Positions 29,587-42,100 of a DNA stretch of 64,000 nt are shown here, piece after piece; within the stretch, counting starts at the first letter, position 1, and the number at the start of each line of letters is the position of its first letter. Below the pieces are notes generated by a model. It was not told where the DNA came from. It made no database searches and saw nothing but the letters and a program-made list of their open reading frames with translations. Location: assembly GCA_024346625.1 (NCBI GenBank), contig AP024668.1, positions 1-64,000 on the forward strand. Direction: 5' to 3'. The position numbers and the translations under genes were made by a program. The DNA comes from Williopsis jadinii. Lineage: Eukaryota.

Positions 29587-31286
29587 ATGGCCAAACCCTT
29601 TCCCTTATCAGGAAGCCAGTTGAAAGCACTTAGTGCTTCTTTCCTCTGTTCTGCATTTTCTTTGAATTGATCAAAATGGTCTGTCAATAGAATCAACTTT
29701 TCACAATCTTGTAGACTTCTAACCAGTATGTTTCGCAAAGTCTTTAAGAATACAGCAGGGAAGGGGATCAAGACGATCTCCATGGTTCTGACCAACACTT
29801 TAACCAAATATTTTAACTTGTTAATCTTCTTCGTATTTGTAGCGTCCTCTTTCTCCATGTTGTTTAAGATTAAAAATACAGCGTAACCAATTGCAAACAA
29901 GAAGATGGAAAGTGTATACGGATACCACCTCATTTCGGGATCCATCTTTATTAACTGTTCCAGCACTTCCACTGCATGCACCAAGATACGGTATTCATGA
30001 TGATGAATATCACTGTCAAAATTGCAAATAATGGTGTATGAATTGCCTCCATGGTCCACAATGAACTGTTTCATGAACTCAATGCTGAGCGAGATGAACT
30101 TTGCATAAAGCAAGTCTCTTCTGAACCGTTCAATATGAGAATCTGGGATGCCGGTTTTACCCTTAGCAAACTTTTCAGCGCTTTGTATATGGCTATTGTG
30201 CAATTTCAACAGCTCATTAACCCGCTCCAGAACATCTTTGTTGTTTGAATCTCTCTTGTAGTTGAAAATCAATCCTAGGATCTTTGCCAGGGGTAAGAAC
30301 AGCCCATATATTCCCGGTGAAAAGCCATGGTAGTTTTGAAACGTTGGCCTCATTGGATCTGTCTCGGCAGGTCTTGGTGTCAAATCAGACATCATCCAGA
30401 ACACTTCGTCGCACGGGATAATTATATCTGTAAATTCCTCGTCCTCCATCATAGGTTTTTCGTTAAAGGAGAACGAGATGAGTCTGTCCCACAGGTAAAC
30501 ACTGAGCCATGTACGGCGCTGCTCTTCCTTCTGTTCCTCATCTACACCATGAGTAACGAGTATGAGGTGTTTCATCGCCTTACAACCGACTGGCCACCAA
30601 CGCAGAATATCCAATGGATATGTAATCCAAGGCATGAGATAACCAATATGTAGTGTTGATAAAAGGTCATCGTACTCAAACTTTGCTGGGTCACAAGATA
30701 ACCGCTTCTCAATCTCACCGTACAACTTTTGTGATATCAGCACTCGTCTGGTTTCACCAAAGTAGGGATGGTCAATGTGTAGCATACTTGTGAGGAGAAT
30801 CGCCAATAGCAGGGTCGAACTCAGCTTTCTTCTCCCGGTCAGCACCATGCTTGGTCTCAGAATGGAGAAAACGTTGGTTGGAGGGAATAGCACATCACCA
30901 AAGTAGAAATCGAGTAAGTCCTCTGCAACTTCCACGGGTAATCCAAATTTGTCAATCTCAAGCATAACAGGTGAAAGCAGATCTCTCTTTGACAGGGATC
31001 TGATCCTTTTACCATTCAGCGGTGAGAATTCCTGGATTGAAATTGGTGGCTGAAGAGGGTCCGCTTTATTCAAGCCGTTCTCCAGCTCTTTAGGCTTGCG
31101 CTTTCTGATCTTCTTGGGATACTTATCACTGGCACGTCCTCTCTTCCTCTCCTTCCTCAAATATGTGCACTCCAGCTTCATGTGTGAGCAGTGTAAACAA
31201 GGCTGTTGGCCATTGCACTTGGTTCTCTTGATGTTGCAAGAGTCGCATGCCTTCCTGATCCTCGTATTCTTCTGCACAGGCACCAT
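29583..31286 (-). CDS. Zn2Cys6 transcription factor, XlnR/AraR family-like
   Basis: RIRKACDSCNIKRTKCNGQQPCLHCSHMKLECTYLRKERKRGRAS; fungal TF middle region EEQRRTWLSVYLWDR; C-terminus QRKEALSAFNWLPDKGKGLAI. First ATG at 31286. Confidence 0.88.
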   Translation of the reverse strand: MVPVQKNTRIRKACDSCNIKRTKCNGQQPCLHCSHMKLECTYLRKERKRGRASDKYPKKIRKRKPKELENGLNKADPLQPPISIQEFSPLNGKRIRSLSKRDLLSPVMLEIDKFGLPVEVAEDLLDFYFGDVLFPPTNVFSILRPSMVLTGRRKLSSTLLLAILLTSMLHIDHPYFGETRRVLISQKLYGEIEKRLSCDPAKFEYDDLLSTLHIGYLMPWITYPLDILRWWPVGCKAMKHLILVTHGVDEEQKEEQRRTWLSVYLWDRLISFSFNEKPMMEDEEFTDIIIPCDEVFWMMSDLTPRPAETDPMRPTFQNYHGFSPGIYGLFLPLAKILGLIFNYKRDSNNKDVLERVNELLKLHNSHIQSAEKFAKGKTGIPDSHIERFRRDLLYAKFISLSIEFMKQFIVDHGGNSYTIICNFDSDIHHHEYRILVHAVEVLEQLIKMDPEMRWYPYTLSIFLFAIGYAVFLILNNMEKEDATNTKKINKLKYLVKVLVRTMEIVLIPFPAVFLKTLRNILVRSLQDCEKLILLTDHFDQFKENAEQRKEALSAFNWLPDKGKGLAI

Positions 31287-32756
31287 AGTGTCCTGTTGCG
31301 AATCTCTGTTGATCCAACACGCTTCCTCGGTTCGAGTAGTATATATATGTCCCAGTGGTCGAGAACAAGTCAAGTGAGCCGATCAAGCTTCGCTCTATGT
31401 GAGAAGGATGGAATGTGTGGTGCTGGTAACCAGGTAAAATGATAACACTGGATGGTGAAAAGACACAAGCACAGGTAAACTAGAGCAGGTTTGGTGAGCT
31501 AGAAGGTTTGAAATTGTAGAAAGGAAGTTTAATCATCTGAATTAAAATATCCCAATTTCAATACCCAAACAAGAAGGAAACCAAGTGTTGCAACAACAAC
31601 AACCTTGCGACGAGGGAACGGGTTTGAAATTTCTAAAAGTGCGCATATGCTAGGCAGTAAAAATGGGACAAAACAGACAGACACAACAGTCAACGAACGC
31701 CAAATTAACCGACAAGCTGTACGATGGAATCCCCTGCAAAGGGCTCTTTTCCTTTTTAGCTGGTGTGCGCTTTTCATTCGCCTCGACTGCAAAGTTTGCT
31801 TTGCAGGGTAAAGGGGATTTTTGACCGGGAAAATGCTATCGACACCATCGGGCTTATTTGCAGGCTCTCTCAGCTTTCCTTTACCCGGTGGCATAAGGTG
31901 CTCACTACGGGCTACATCGAGGTTTCCAGTGTGCAAACATCCGAGAGGGAAGAAGGGGAGGTTTCATCCAGTTTGCAACGCTGTGTTGGTACACAACTGC
32001 TGGGAGGGATTTGGATTGGAATTGGTAGTGACTTATTCTGCCGGCGAGGCTCCAATCGGCCGTATCTGACAGAGCATGTTCAGGCTTTATACTGCCGGAA
32101 GGTGTGGGCGCTGGAACGCTTGCCTCGGAAAACTTTAACATGCACGGGTGGCCTTATTGGGCCGTGAGCACAAGGGGGGGGGGGGGCAAAATTGCCCCCT
32201 GTCGTGAAAAGGTGTTGTTCATATATCCGCCTCTCAGTTATTTTCTTAGGATGGATGGCCTTCTTTAGAGCCTCGGCTAATATATGGGAAAACATCTTAA
32301 AAGGGGGACTTTAACAGCATAAAATCAAGGGTATGGGGGCCATAGGACAGGTGTGTTGTGTGTGTGGTTTTCAGGCGGGAGCAAGAATGTCCGGCCCAAA
32401 TGCGATTCTACCGGCAGAGGACATATCCGTAAACTTCACAAACGTGAGGTGCTTGGCAGGCCTGGCATTTTTAGTATTGTTACTTCGAAATGAACCGCAC
32501 GTACCTCGTCCCTGGTGTCTTCCACTGTCCACTGTGGACCCAGTGATGAGCAGTGGTGGGCTCCTAGGGTTCAGTGTATAGTTTCCAAAAGATAATGATA
32601 TCACAATGTGGTACACAATCAACAACTGAGCAGTTATCGATGCGGTTCCCCTCTACCTCAAGTGCTCGCTGTATGTTCTTGGTAATGTGGAATGGAGATA
32701 ATTCCTACTAAATATGGTGTCAAAAAGATGAGATAAAAGGTTAGGTCATGGGACTT

Positions 32757-34660
32757 GGAAAAAGGTGGGAACACAATGGTTCAAAGAGTTTGTTTTAAAC
32801 CACTGGAACATCCTAATCTTGACAGTTCACGATTCAAGATGTGTCAATATAACGTAAAAGGTGTAACAACTGGTAGGTGTTACAGTAGTTTACAATTCGA
32901 TAAAATCAGCAATAAATCCCAATGTCGAATCCGAAGGTCGAATACCACAGTGGGATTCGCAATGGCGTAGTTTCCGGTACGGTATAATTCCCTGTGGATC
33001 TCCCTTATTGCCTTAACTAACAAGATACGATCGAACCTTTATGTAAAATGTACAGAAAATGATACGCCGTTGCTCTTCAGATAGGCACTGGTATATGGAG
33101 CATTAATTGGTGTATCAATGATTGAGTGTGAGAAATTGGAACCTAGCATGAACTGTCAGTTGTTAATATCACTGTAGTATGCACGTTATAGGTGTGAATG
33201 ATGCACCATGGTTACGTATATGTCTAAGGTTACCGTGATTATGTAATCGCCGATAACCCTATCCGTGTTTTGGATGTCTACTATCCCTAACCCTGCACCG
33301 CCTGTTAGTCTCAATAGTTGTAACTTGATCAGTATATTAAGATGTTAGGAATGGTTATGTTATGATATAAGTCACCTTTCAAGGTAAATAATTGATATAT
33401 CGCTCGGGAAGGCTACACTGGAACACCATACTTATGTTGCGACATACGTAGATGTGATTGATTGCATATTAATCAATGAGTATATTAACTTGAACATCTT
33501 GTTGAACCTTTGAACTGTTATATGGTTGACATTAATCATTACATAAAAAAATTGATACTCTACATAGTATAGAATATTGTGAATTTCATTTTTTTACTAT
33601 TAAAAATCTGAAAATAGTGTGATATTCGGAGAGTTCAAATTTTAAATATACATACTCAATCCATGACCAATTATAAACCAATTGAAATCGTCTAAGCTGT
33701 TCTTTTTGTATCAATTAATAAGTAGAAATACGGCTATGAATAGCATCAATTTAATAACTACCAACCTCCAGCTAACATAGAAGTTAAGGACTATTGTGAC
33801 CACTTAAACCCGTACACCATGGAAGAATGCTGACAGTTGTATAACTGTCGCCCAAAAAGGTGCCCTTTTGTAGAATTTTGTGCTCTTCGGGGCTCTCCTC
33901 GTAATCTTCCAATTATACTGATGTCACAATATGTATTTTACTACCAAAAGTTATTGTGTAGTACGTTACTTAGCTCAGGGTGCCCCAGTCTAACTTTAAT
34001 ATAATGACAATAAGACCGTTCTTCAAATAGTATAGTATAGATAATATAAGTGAAGATCGGTCCTTTCTTAAGAACCAAAAGGGGAGGAAATACATTGGTT
34101 CGAAGAGTGCCATTTAAACCATCGTAGAAATAAGAATCGAATCTTGAGGATTCGATTATGTTGTATTATATTCTAAAAAGGATATGCTAACCATGATGAT
34201 GCAGTGCAATTACAATTGAAATTACAATTGATCTAATTCAGTGATAAGTCCGGAAATCGAATCCGAAGGTTCGAATATCACACTTTTGTAGACTTTTGCG
34301 CCAAATGTGAAACTGCCGTCTGGTCATGAAAAGACACAGCAAAATGACAGCAAGACTGATCTATACCAGAAGAAGTGACCGATATGGGCAATTCAGGCCA
34401 AAAAATTCAAGCCCTTCACACAGGGAAAGTTTTACGAGGCATACAAATGGGCATTTGACAAGCTCCTTATCTTGCTCGTGTTGTCTACCATCTGATCCGG
34501 AAGGGACCAGACGTTCTCCTCATCATGAGCCAGTGTAGATCATCCACTCACCACGCGTAGATCACGCAGCAGGAAGGCGTGTGTCTTTACCACCTTGCTG
34601 TGTGATATTCGACCTGTGGACTCGGTTTCCGGATTCATCATTGAATTATATCAGCTGTGA
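32757..34660. repeat. Cluster of diverged dispersed repeats sharing a TGTGATATTCG terminus, in an AT-rich gene-free interval
   Basis: Direct copies ~32757-32948 and ~34075-34282 (end ...gaatccgaaggt(t)cgaata(c/t)caca); inverted copy ~34601-34660; another TGTGATATTCG at ~33618. Confidence 0.7.
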
Positions 34661-34710
34661 TCTAAAGCTTGTCAGCTACATGTATCAAAAATTTGGTATT
34701 GTAATCATTA

Positions 34711-35612
34711 CTATAGCCTTAGTTCTTCATCCCACATATTGCGTTGTACTTTAAACCACACAGGAAGCTCTTGTTCTGACGGGAGATCAATCCGAATGGT
34801 GTTGACAGAAACGAACGTTTGTTCTGTTGAATAAAATTCATACTCATGATCAACCCCGGCTTGTTGAGATGCGATGACTTGGTTGTTCTTGTTCTTCTGT
34901 TTTCTCAGCTCAACCATTCGTAACAAGTTCTTTGGAACTTGTGGGGACGCAGAAAGCATTTGGTCTTCATTTTCATTTTCAACTTCAATATCATCGTCGT
35001 CAATCTCCATCATGTCTTCCGTGCCCTTTAATTGCGAAAGCTGTGATTCCATGGTATCCTGATAAAACGATTTCCTTCTTTTTGTGCTTGGATTTGGGGG
35101 CATCAGCTCGATGGTGACGAGGTCTAAGAACACTTCAGAGTAGTAGTTGGAATTCTTTCCACTAAGGAGACGATACTCTGCAATGATACTGGAGCAGCTC
35201 CATTTACACATCTTTCGGAGAATTCCAACAATGACATTTGTCTTATCAATCATCAACAAGTTATAGTAGTTCTGATTGAGCAGAACCTTGGTCACTCGCT
35301 GTATCGTTTCAGTCTTGAACACCATCCACTCAGAGTTGGTCTCTCCTAATTCCCGATCAAGGAACTCAGACTCAAATTTGATCAGTTTGATGTTATTGAG
35401 AGCCATGAAGTTGTCAAAATTCTTCATCACTGGCGTCTCGTTGTCCAGTATAAGAATCGACTTCAACTGTAACGTCTCGAGAAAGGCAAAGTTGATGGCA
35501 TCGAGTTTTGAACACCGGTCTTTGAGCGTTAGTATGGATCTCCACCGACAATCAGCACCAACATACATATACCATTCTCAACAAGCCCAAAGTTATCAGG
35601 TGGAAGGAGCAT
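34711..35612 (-). CDS. OCA4: Oca4-like Siw14/OCA-family phosphatase-like protein; exons 35612-35567 and 35519-34711
   Basis: Spliced N-terminus MLLPPDNFGLVENGIYRCSKLDAINFAFLETL; 47-nt intron 35566-35520 (GTATGT...TACTAAC...AAG); lacks CX5R (LLMIDKT); SIIAEYRL; synteny with CDC39/CDC50. Confidence 0.85.
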
Positions 35613-35988
35613 TGTTCTAATCGCTGCTTGCTTTGTTTCCCTCCTCCAACCAACCCGTTTAGACCCACAGGACGCCAAACCCATAAAACCCTCCAGCTCT
35701 CCCTACCACCAAACACCGTTACCCTACCCTGTCTCCGCCGCCGCAAGAACCCAAACGGAAAAAAAAGCTCCCAAAGACATCAGTGGCCAAAAAAAATGAA
35801 AACAAAAATTACCTTCTTTGGACGAACAGCTTTAGAACAACAATCACAGCACAACAACCAAAGATATATATAAAAGCCAAAAACCGAACTCCAAGCATTG
35901 GGAATCAACTAGTGATCACTTTAGTACTTACTGTTCACTGATCATTAATCTCATCCCAATTGTATAAGAAACAAGAGAAGGAAAGAAA

Positions 35989-36072
35989 GTAAGCGTTTGT
36001 GTCGTTTCTGTGGACAGTGAGGTTGTTTACTTGATACTCTTTTACAACGGCGTTGCTAACCAAGGACTCTAG
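35989..36072 (+). other. Putative 5'-UTR intron of NOT1
   Basis: GTAAGC donor 35989, TGCTAAC branch 36054-36060, TAG acceptor 36072 (alternative AAG 36064), downstream of a TATATAAA at ~35867. Confidence 0.6.
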
Positions 36073-36170
36073 AACCCTCCCTTTTCTTTTATTTCACCAA
36101 TACACTCAGATTCCATAGAGCGGTAGGCGTGATCCTTACCTTGATCTGAACGCCCACCGTCCCAAGTACC

Positions 36171-39100
36171 GTGTCATTTACTCCCTTGTCGTTCAATAGC
36201 CCGAAGGAGGGCACAATCCCGGAAGAGCTGAAGGACATACCAAACAACATTAGTATTGACAAGGCAATCACCGCACAGCTTGCCATCTTTGCTACGAAAA
36301 TCACAAAGGAGAACTTTGAATCAACAGTTGAAAAGATCCACCAGATCTGCGCTGCGTCGTCGGAAGAAGTCTACGTCAAGTTCATTAGAAGACTTCTCCT
36401 CACAAGTTCAAGTTTAATACCAACAAATACCGTTTCAAATCCAGTTACTGAGCAGCTCATCAAGAGAGAGTTAGAGTCACTTGCTGCACATCCAAACAGA
36501 AACGTTTTCAAGAGGGTTATTTTTAGCTTTGACTCTGATCTTTTAGAACTCTTTACACTTGATCAACTCTTTGCAACTTATCAACTTGGTGAGTTTGAAC
36601 GCATTCGGTTAACACTTTGTTTGGACTTGGATCAGAAATACGCCGAAGACGCAAAGAATATCATCTCATCAGCTCTACCGGGACTCCTACACTCCATCAA
36701 ATCCAACCAGGTATCCCTCGAAAAGCTTCTTTTAATTTTAAAAGAAATTCATAGCGAATTTTTTTCTACTTTTGACAAACTTCTCTTTGCTTACTCCTTT
36801 TCAGGTTTGTCTGTATTCGCAGAAAGTGAGTCAAACAAAGAAGTGTTGTTTAAATCTCTCGAAGAACTTTCTGAAGTCCTTACACAAATGCCGTTCAGTA
36901 CAATTTTAAAGGCCATTGGCCCAGAAAACATTATTCCGGAGAAGTTTATGAACGACATATTGGCGTTGAAATCTGCAAATGAGTTAACAGATGCGATTTC
37001 ACTCCTGGCATCTGAGATGCTCTGTCCAGGATCACAAAGCTTGACAGGAGCTCCAGGAGAGTTAACTGCGTTGACTCCGTTAAGTATCCCAGAGGCTTCT
37101 GCTAGAGGCTCACAGTTTGGTTCCATTATCAGAAAGTTACCATTCCATCCGTCTTGGCCAGACGTTTTCCAAAAAATGTCGGAACGTTTGCCAAATCCTT
37201 TGTTTACAGAAGCGTCACTTAGTGCTCTATTGTCCGCTTTTGATGACCAGACAATTGATGCGTTCCTTGATTACAAATGGAAACTGCCTTTCAAAGTTAA
37301 TCTCTTTGTGAACTTGAGAAAGCTTAACCCTCAAAATGGATCTTTTGACCTTCTCAGAACGAATTACTTGAAGCCAATTGTTAACGATCCATCGTTCCCA
37401 AATCTGAAAAGCTCCGTATTGTATTTCTTCAACGTGACTAAATTGGAATTGGACTGTATATCCATGTCGTCTGCAATCACAAACATTGAATACAAGAAGT
37501 TCCTGCATTCAATATTCGAAGAGGATATCCGCTCAGTTCCAGAGTTGGTTGCGCTCGGCTGTGTTCAGTTTTCGCCTCAATCTGCCACCATAGATGATCT
37601 TTTTGAAAATTTGATGGTACATTTGTTGGACGAGACCGCTTCTTACTACCCTCTCATTGTCAAGGACCTTACCAGAAAGGATCTGGTTGTTGCAGTCTGT
37701 TCAAAACTCTTCCAAAAGAATCGTGACTTGAACAATCTACTCGTGTTGCATATTGTACAGAATGGATACATACAAGACGTTCTTTCCCCATTGAAGTTTG
37801 AGGAGTCAATCGGTCTTGCGGTTAAGGCTGTATTAACTGGCTGGAACGGGTTCAGTGATTTCCTTAGAGAAAACAAACCTGCCCCAGCTATTGTTCTTCA
37901 GTTTCTTGATGCATTAGCACAATCAGCTGGTGTTTCCCCTAGAGTTCTCAGTTTGAAAGCAATCGACGCTTTATTGAAGTACGTACAACAGCAGAACTTA
38001 ACTCCTGAACAGCTGGGTACCTTTGCAGACGTTCAAATACGCGTTTTCCAAGCGTTCCCACGGTTGATCAATTTTGGAAACGGCCATGATGATGCTATAT
38101 TGGCAAATGGCGACAATGCACCATTCCCAGCGGATGTTGAAGAGCAAATGAAGTTGTGCTACCAAAGAATGTATGCAGACCAACTCGAGATCAAAAATGT
38201 TGTGGATATGCTTTTGAAATTGAGGGATAGTAATGTTCCAAGAGACCAGGACGTGTTTGCGTGTATGATTCACTCTCTTCTGGATGAATACAGATTTTTC
38301 CCAGAATACCCATTGAATGCTCTGGCAATGACATCAGTGCTGTTTGGTTCCATGATTCTGTATGATTTGCTGCGTGGCCCAGCACAGTCTATTGCATTAA
38401 AGTACATCAAGGATTCGTGTTCTCAACCACCAGATTCAAACATGTTTAAGTTTGCCGTTCAAGCATTGTTTGCATTTAGAAGCCGTCTACCAGAGTTTCC
38501 GAACTATTGTTTATTACTTTCAAAGATCGAGGCACTGAAAAGACAGCAACAAGTTTACCAGGTCATTGATGATGTGATTCACAACCGTATTGACAACAAA
38601 CAAGAGGAGCTGTCACCTCCTCAAGCTCAGGGCCAAATATTCAAGTCTATCACTGCAGTTCCAATGCCGGATGTTTCGAATCCACCTGGATCCACGTCCA
38701 ATATTGTGATTGTGATGAATAGTTTAGCCGATGATAATGTTGTTGCGAAGGCTAATGCTTTGAAAGCAGAGTTGAGCTCCAACATGTATCCATGGTTTGC
38801 AGACTATTTGGTCACTCGCCGTGCCAAGATTGAATCCAACAATCAACATCTTTATTCCGATTTGATTGAAAATATTGGTGATCCGGTGTTACTTCAACAG
38901 CTGATAAATGTCACAGTGAATGAAGTAAGCAGCTTGTTGAATGAGACTGAAGAGACTCCAACAGTTAGAAATCATCTCAAAAACCTTGGTAGCTGGTTGG
39001 GAAAGATAACAGTGGCTAGAAACAGACCTTTGAAATATACCTGCATTGCTGTGAAGCAGATCTTGATCGAAGCTTACGACTTGTCTAAACTTGCTCTCAT

Positions 39101-42100
39101 AATCCCATTTGTGTGTAAAGTTCTTGATGAGACAGTTCACTCTGATGTTTTCAAGTTGCCAAATCCTTGGACACTGGGAATTCTCAAGGTGTTGTCCGAA
39201 TTGTATCAATTCCCAGACTTGAAGTTGAACCTGAGATTTGAGATTGAAGTCCTCTGTAACAACATGAAAATTAAGATTGAAGACATTGAACCTTCTATTA
39301 TAATTCGGTCTCATCAAGTGGGTGATATTCAATCAAATATTCTCCTCGAATCAGCAATGGCAAACTTGAAGATTGAAAATGAACGTGAGGTGATGTTCCA
39401 ACAAGGTATTCAGGATGGCTTACAAACCTCACAGGTTTTGCAACAACGTCTTGGCTTGGCTAACTCTGGGTCATCGTCAGCTCTTCCTTTGTCATCTGCA
39501 ACAGGGTTTGTTGGTACACCTACTGCTGTTCATCAAAATCTTCAGCAGCATCAGCAACACGATGTTTCCTCCGAAATCAACTTCCAGCATGTCTTGGGTA
39601 ATACTTGTTTTGCTACGAATGAAAGTTTGAAACAGCTATTCTTAGCAGTTTTGAACAAGTCTGTTCGTGACATTCTCCCACCAGCTGTGGAGAGAGCCGT
39701 AAGTATCGCGGTCACGACATCCAGAGCATTGGTTTTAAAGGACTTTGCCACTGAGCCAGATGAACTCAAGCTGAGAACATCTGCAGTGACTTTGGTTTGC
39801 CGCTTGTCTAAGGGATTGGCTCTTGCGACATGTCGTGATCCTTTGAAGGAGAGTATCCAAAGTTCCATTCACACACTGGCACCTCAACTCTTGAACATTG
39901 AGAACTCACCTTTAGAAGAACTCCCACAGGCTATTACCGATAACATTGATCTTGCATGTAATATTATTGAGAACGCTGCGATGGAGAAGGCGACAAAGGA
40001 CATTGAAGAAGTGCTTGCACAGTCAATATCTGCTCGTCGTCTTCACAAGGAGAGACGTCCAGATCAACCATTCTATACACAGTTCCTATCAAGATATGCG
40101 GTTTCTTTACCCGAACCGTTGGGTCTTCGTCCTAATGGTGTCTCCGCTCAACAACTTCAGGTTTACGAGTCCTTTGGAAAAGATATTGTGAATCACTCAC
40201 CAGCTGCTATTCTTTCACAGATCCAACCTCAACAAGTCGGAGAGAGTCACCAACCATTGACACCAAACCCTTCTGCTATTGGCCTATCCCTTCAAGGTGG
40301 CCAGCAGAATGTTCCTTTGACTATTGAGCAAACGTTGGGACATGTACAGGTTTTGATTGAGAATTTGATCAGAGCAATAAACGAGTCCACTGCGCAGTCG
40401 TTGGCTGAATTGTCAAAGGATCCAACAATCAACATGTTGCTCACACAAATTCTCTCTGTGACTTTGAAGTGCGTTTCTAGAGATCTTTTGATTTTAAAGA
40501 TTACACAGATCATCATTAATGCACTCCTCAACTGTAATGGCGCAGGATTTTCAGCCGAAATCTTTGTTTTGTTGTTGAAGAAGATATGTACCAACTCAGG
40601 TGTTGCACAGAGAGATGTCAGCGGCTGGTTCATACATGTTGCCGATGAAAGAAAGTTCAATGCTAAGATTTTGATTACGCTGTTCCAGTCGGGTCTCCTT
40701 TCAGTACCAGAATTTGACCCTACACTTGCAACTTATATTAATGTGCAAGATGAGCGCACATACTTACTGGCTGTTGACATCATTTCAGAATTATTCAAGT
40801 CCGATGATACTGTTACATACCTCTCGGACTTTATCTGTACCATTGAGAAGTTGAACACTATCAAGAACGTGGAGTCCGTATCTAAGTTTTTGAACTCTTT
40901 GAGAGAGCTTCCAATGGGGTTGTTTGCCGAGAAGAATATCCCAGAGAATCACAGAATGGAATACATGTTCATGGAATGGGTTCACTTGAATCAAAGACAA
41001 CCTGGTTATGAAGACGCAGAATTGGCTTTCATCTCACAGTTTATTGAGACTGGTATTCTCTCTAAGAGCCCGGAGCTTTTCTTCAAGAGTGCTGTGGAAA
41101 TCTCCCTTTTGTATTTCAAAAACAGTGATAGTGTCAATGATGGATTCCGTCTTATTGACAGCTTTTCCAGACTTATTAACAGACTATTATTTGCTATTGA
41201 TGATACTGACGACGCTAGAGCTGCTCTCTTCAAGATTGCTCTTAGTGTGGTAACTTCACTATTCGCCGAAGACCACGCTGCTTCAAAGGAGTCCTTTAAT
41301 GAGAGACCGTATTTCAGAATCTTCTCCACTTTGTTGTCTGAATTCAGCATTTCCAATTACGATTTTGAATCTGAAGAGGGTGAAGCTTTGAAACAGACAT
41401 TCTATTTCACAATTGCCGACTTCCTTAATGTTTACCAACCTCTTGTTTTCCCAGGGTTCACTTTTGCTTGGATAACATTGATTTCGCACCGTTTGTTTTT
41501 ACCTAACATTCTCGAGTTGAAGAGTCCAAAGGCACAGTGTAAGTTTGTTCTCTTGTTGATCAATTTATTGAGATTCCAATCAAGCAATGTTAAAGACAAG
41601 CACATCTCTGAAGTTTTCACTGTTGTGTACAAAGGAACTTTACGTATTTTCTTGTTGTTGTTCCATGATCACCCTGAAGTCTTGGTTCAGAATCACTACC
41701 AGTTGTGTTGTGAGATTCCATCCTCTTTCACCCAGCTAAGAAATCTGGTACTTTCGTCATATCCTGCAAATGTTATTTCACCATATCCATTCACACAGGG
41801 CTTGGAAGTTGACAAAGTTGTTGGTATTTCTGATTCGCCACTACTGTCTTGTAACCCAGGATACGATTTAAAGTCGTTAAAAAAGACCGTTGATGGTTAT
41901 TTGAGAATTCCATCCCATCAAATGGTGAAGACTATCTTGAATGGGTTGAGACAGAGTGTTTCTGATGACTGCGGCATTGGATACTCGAGCACCAGCTATA
42001 ATGTCAAGTTGATCAATGCCTTGGTGCTTTACGTTGGTATTCAAGCTGTCAGCGACAGGGTTCCAAATGGACCTGTTATGGATCCGAAGTCCTCACACTT

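Noticed and set aside
31400..34710. Silent mating cassette (HMR lies next to OCA4 in S. cerevisiae)
   Set aside because: No homeodomain, HMG or alpha-box coding sequence recognisable in any frame.
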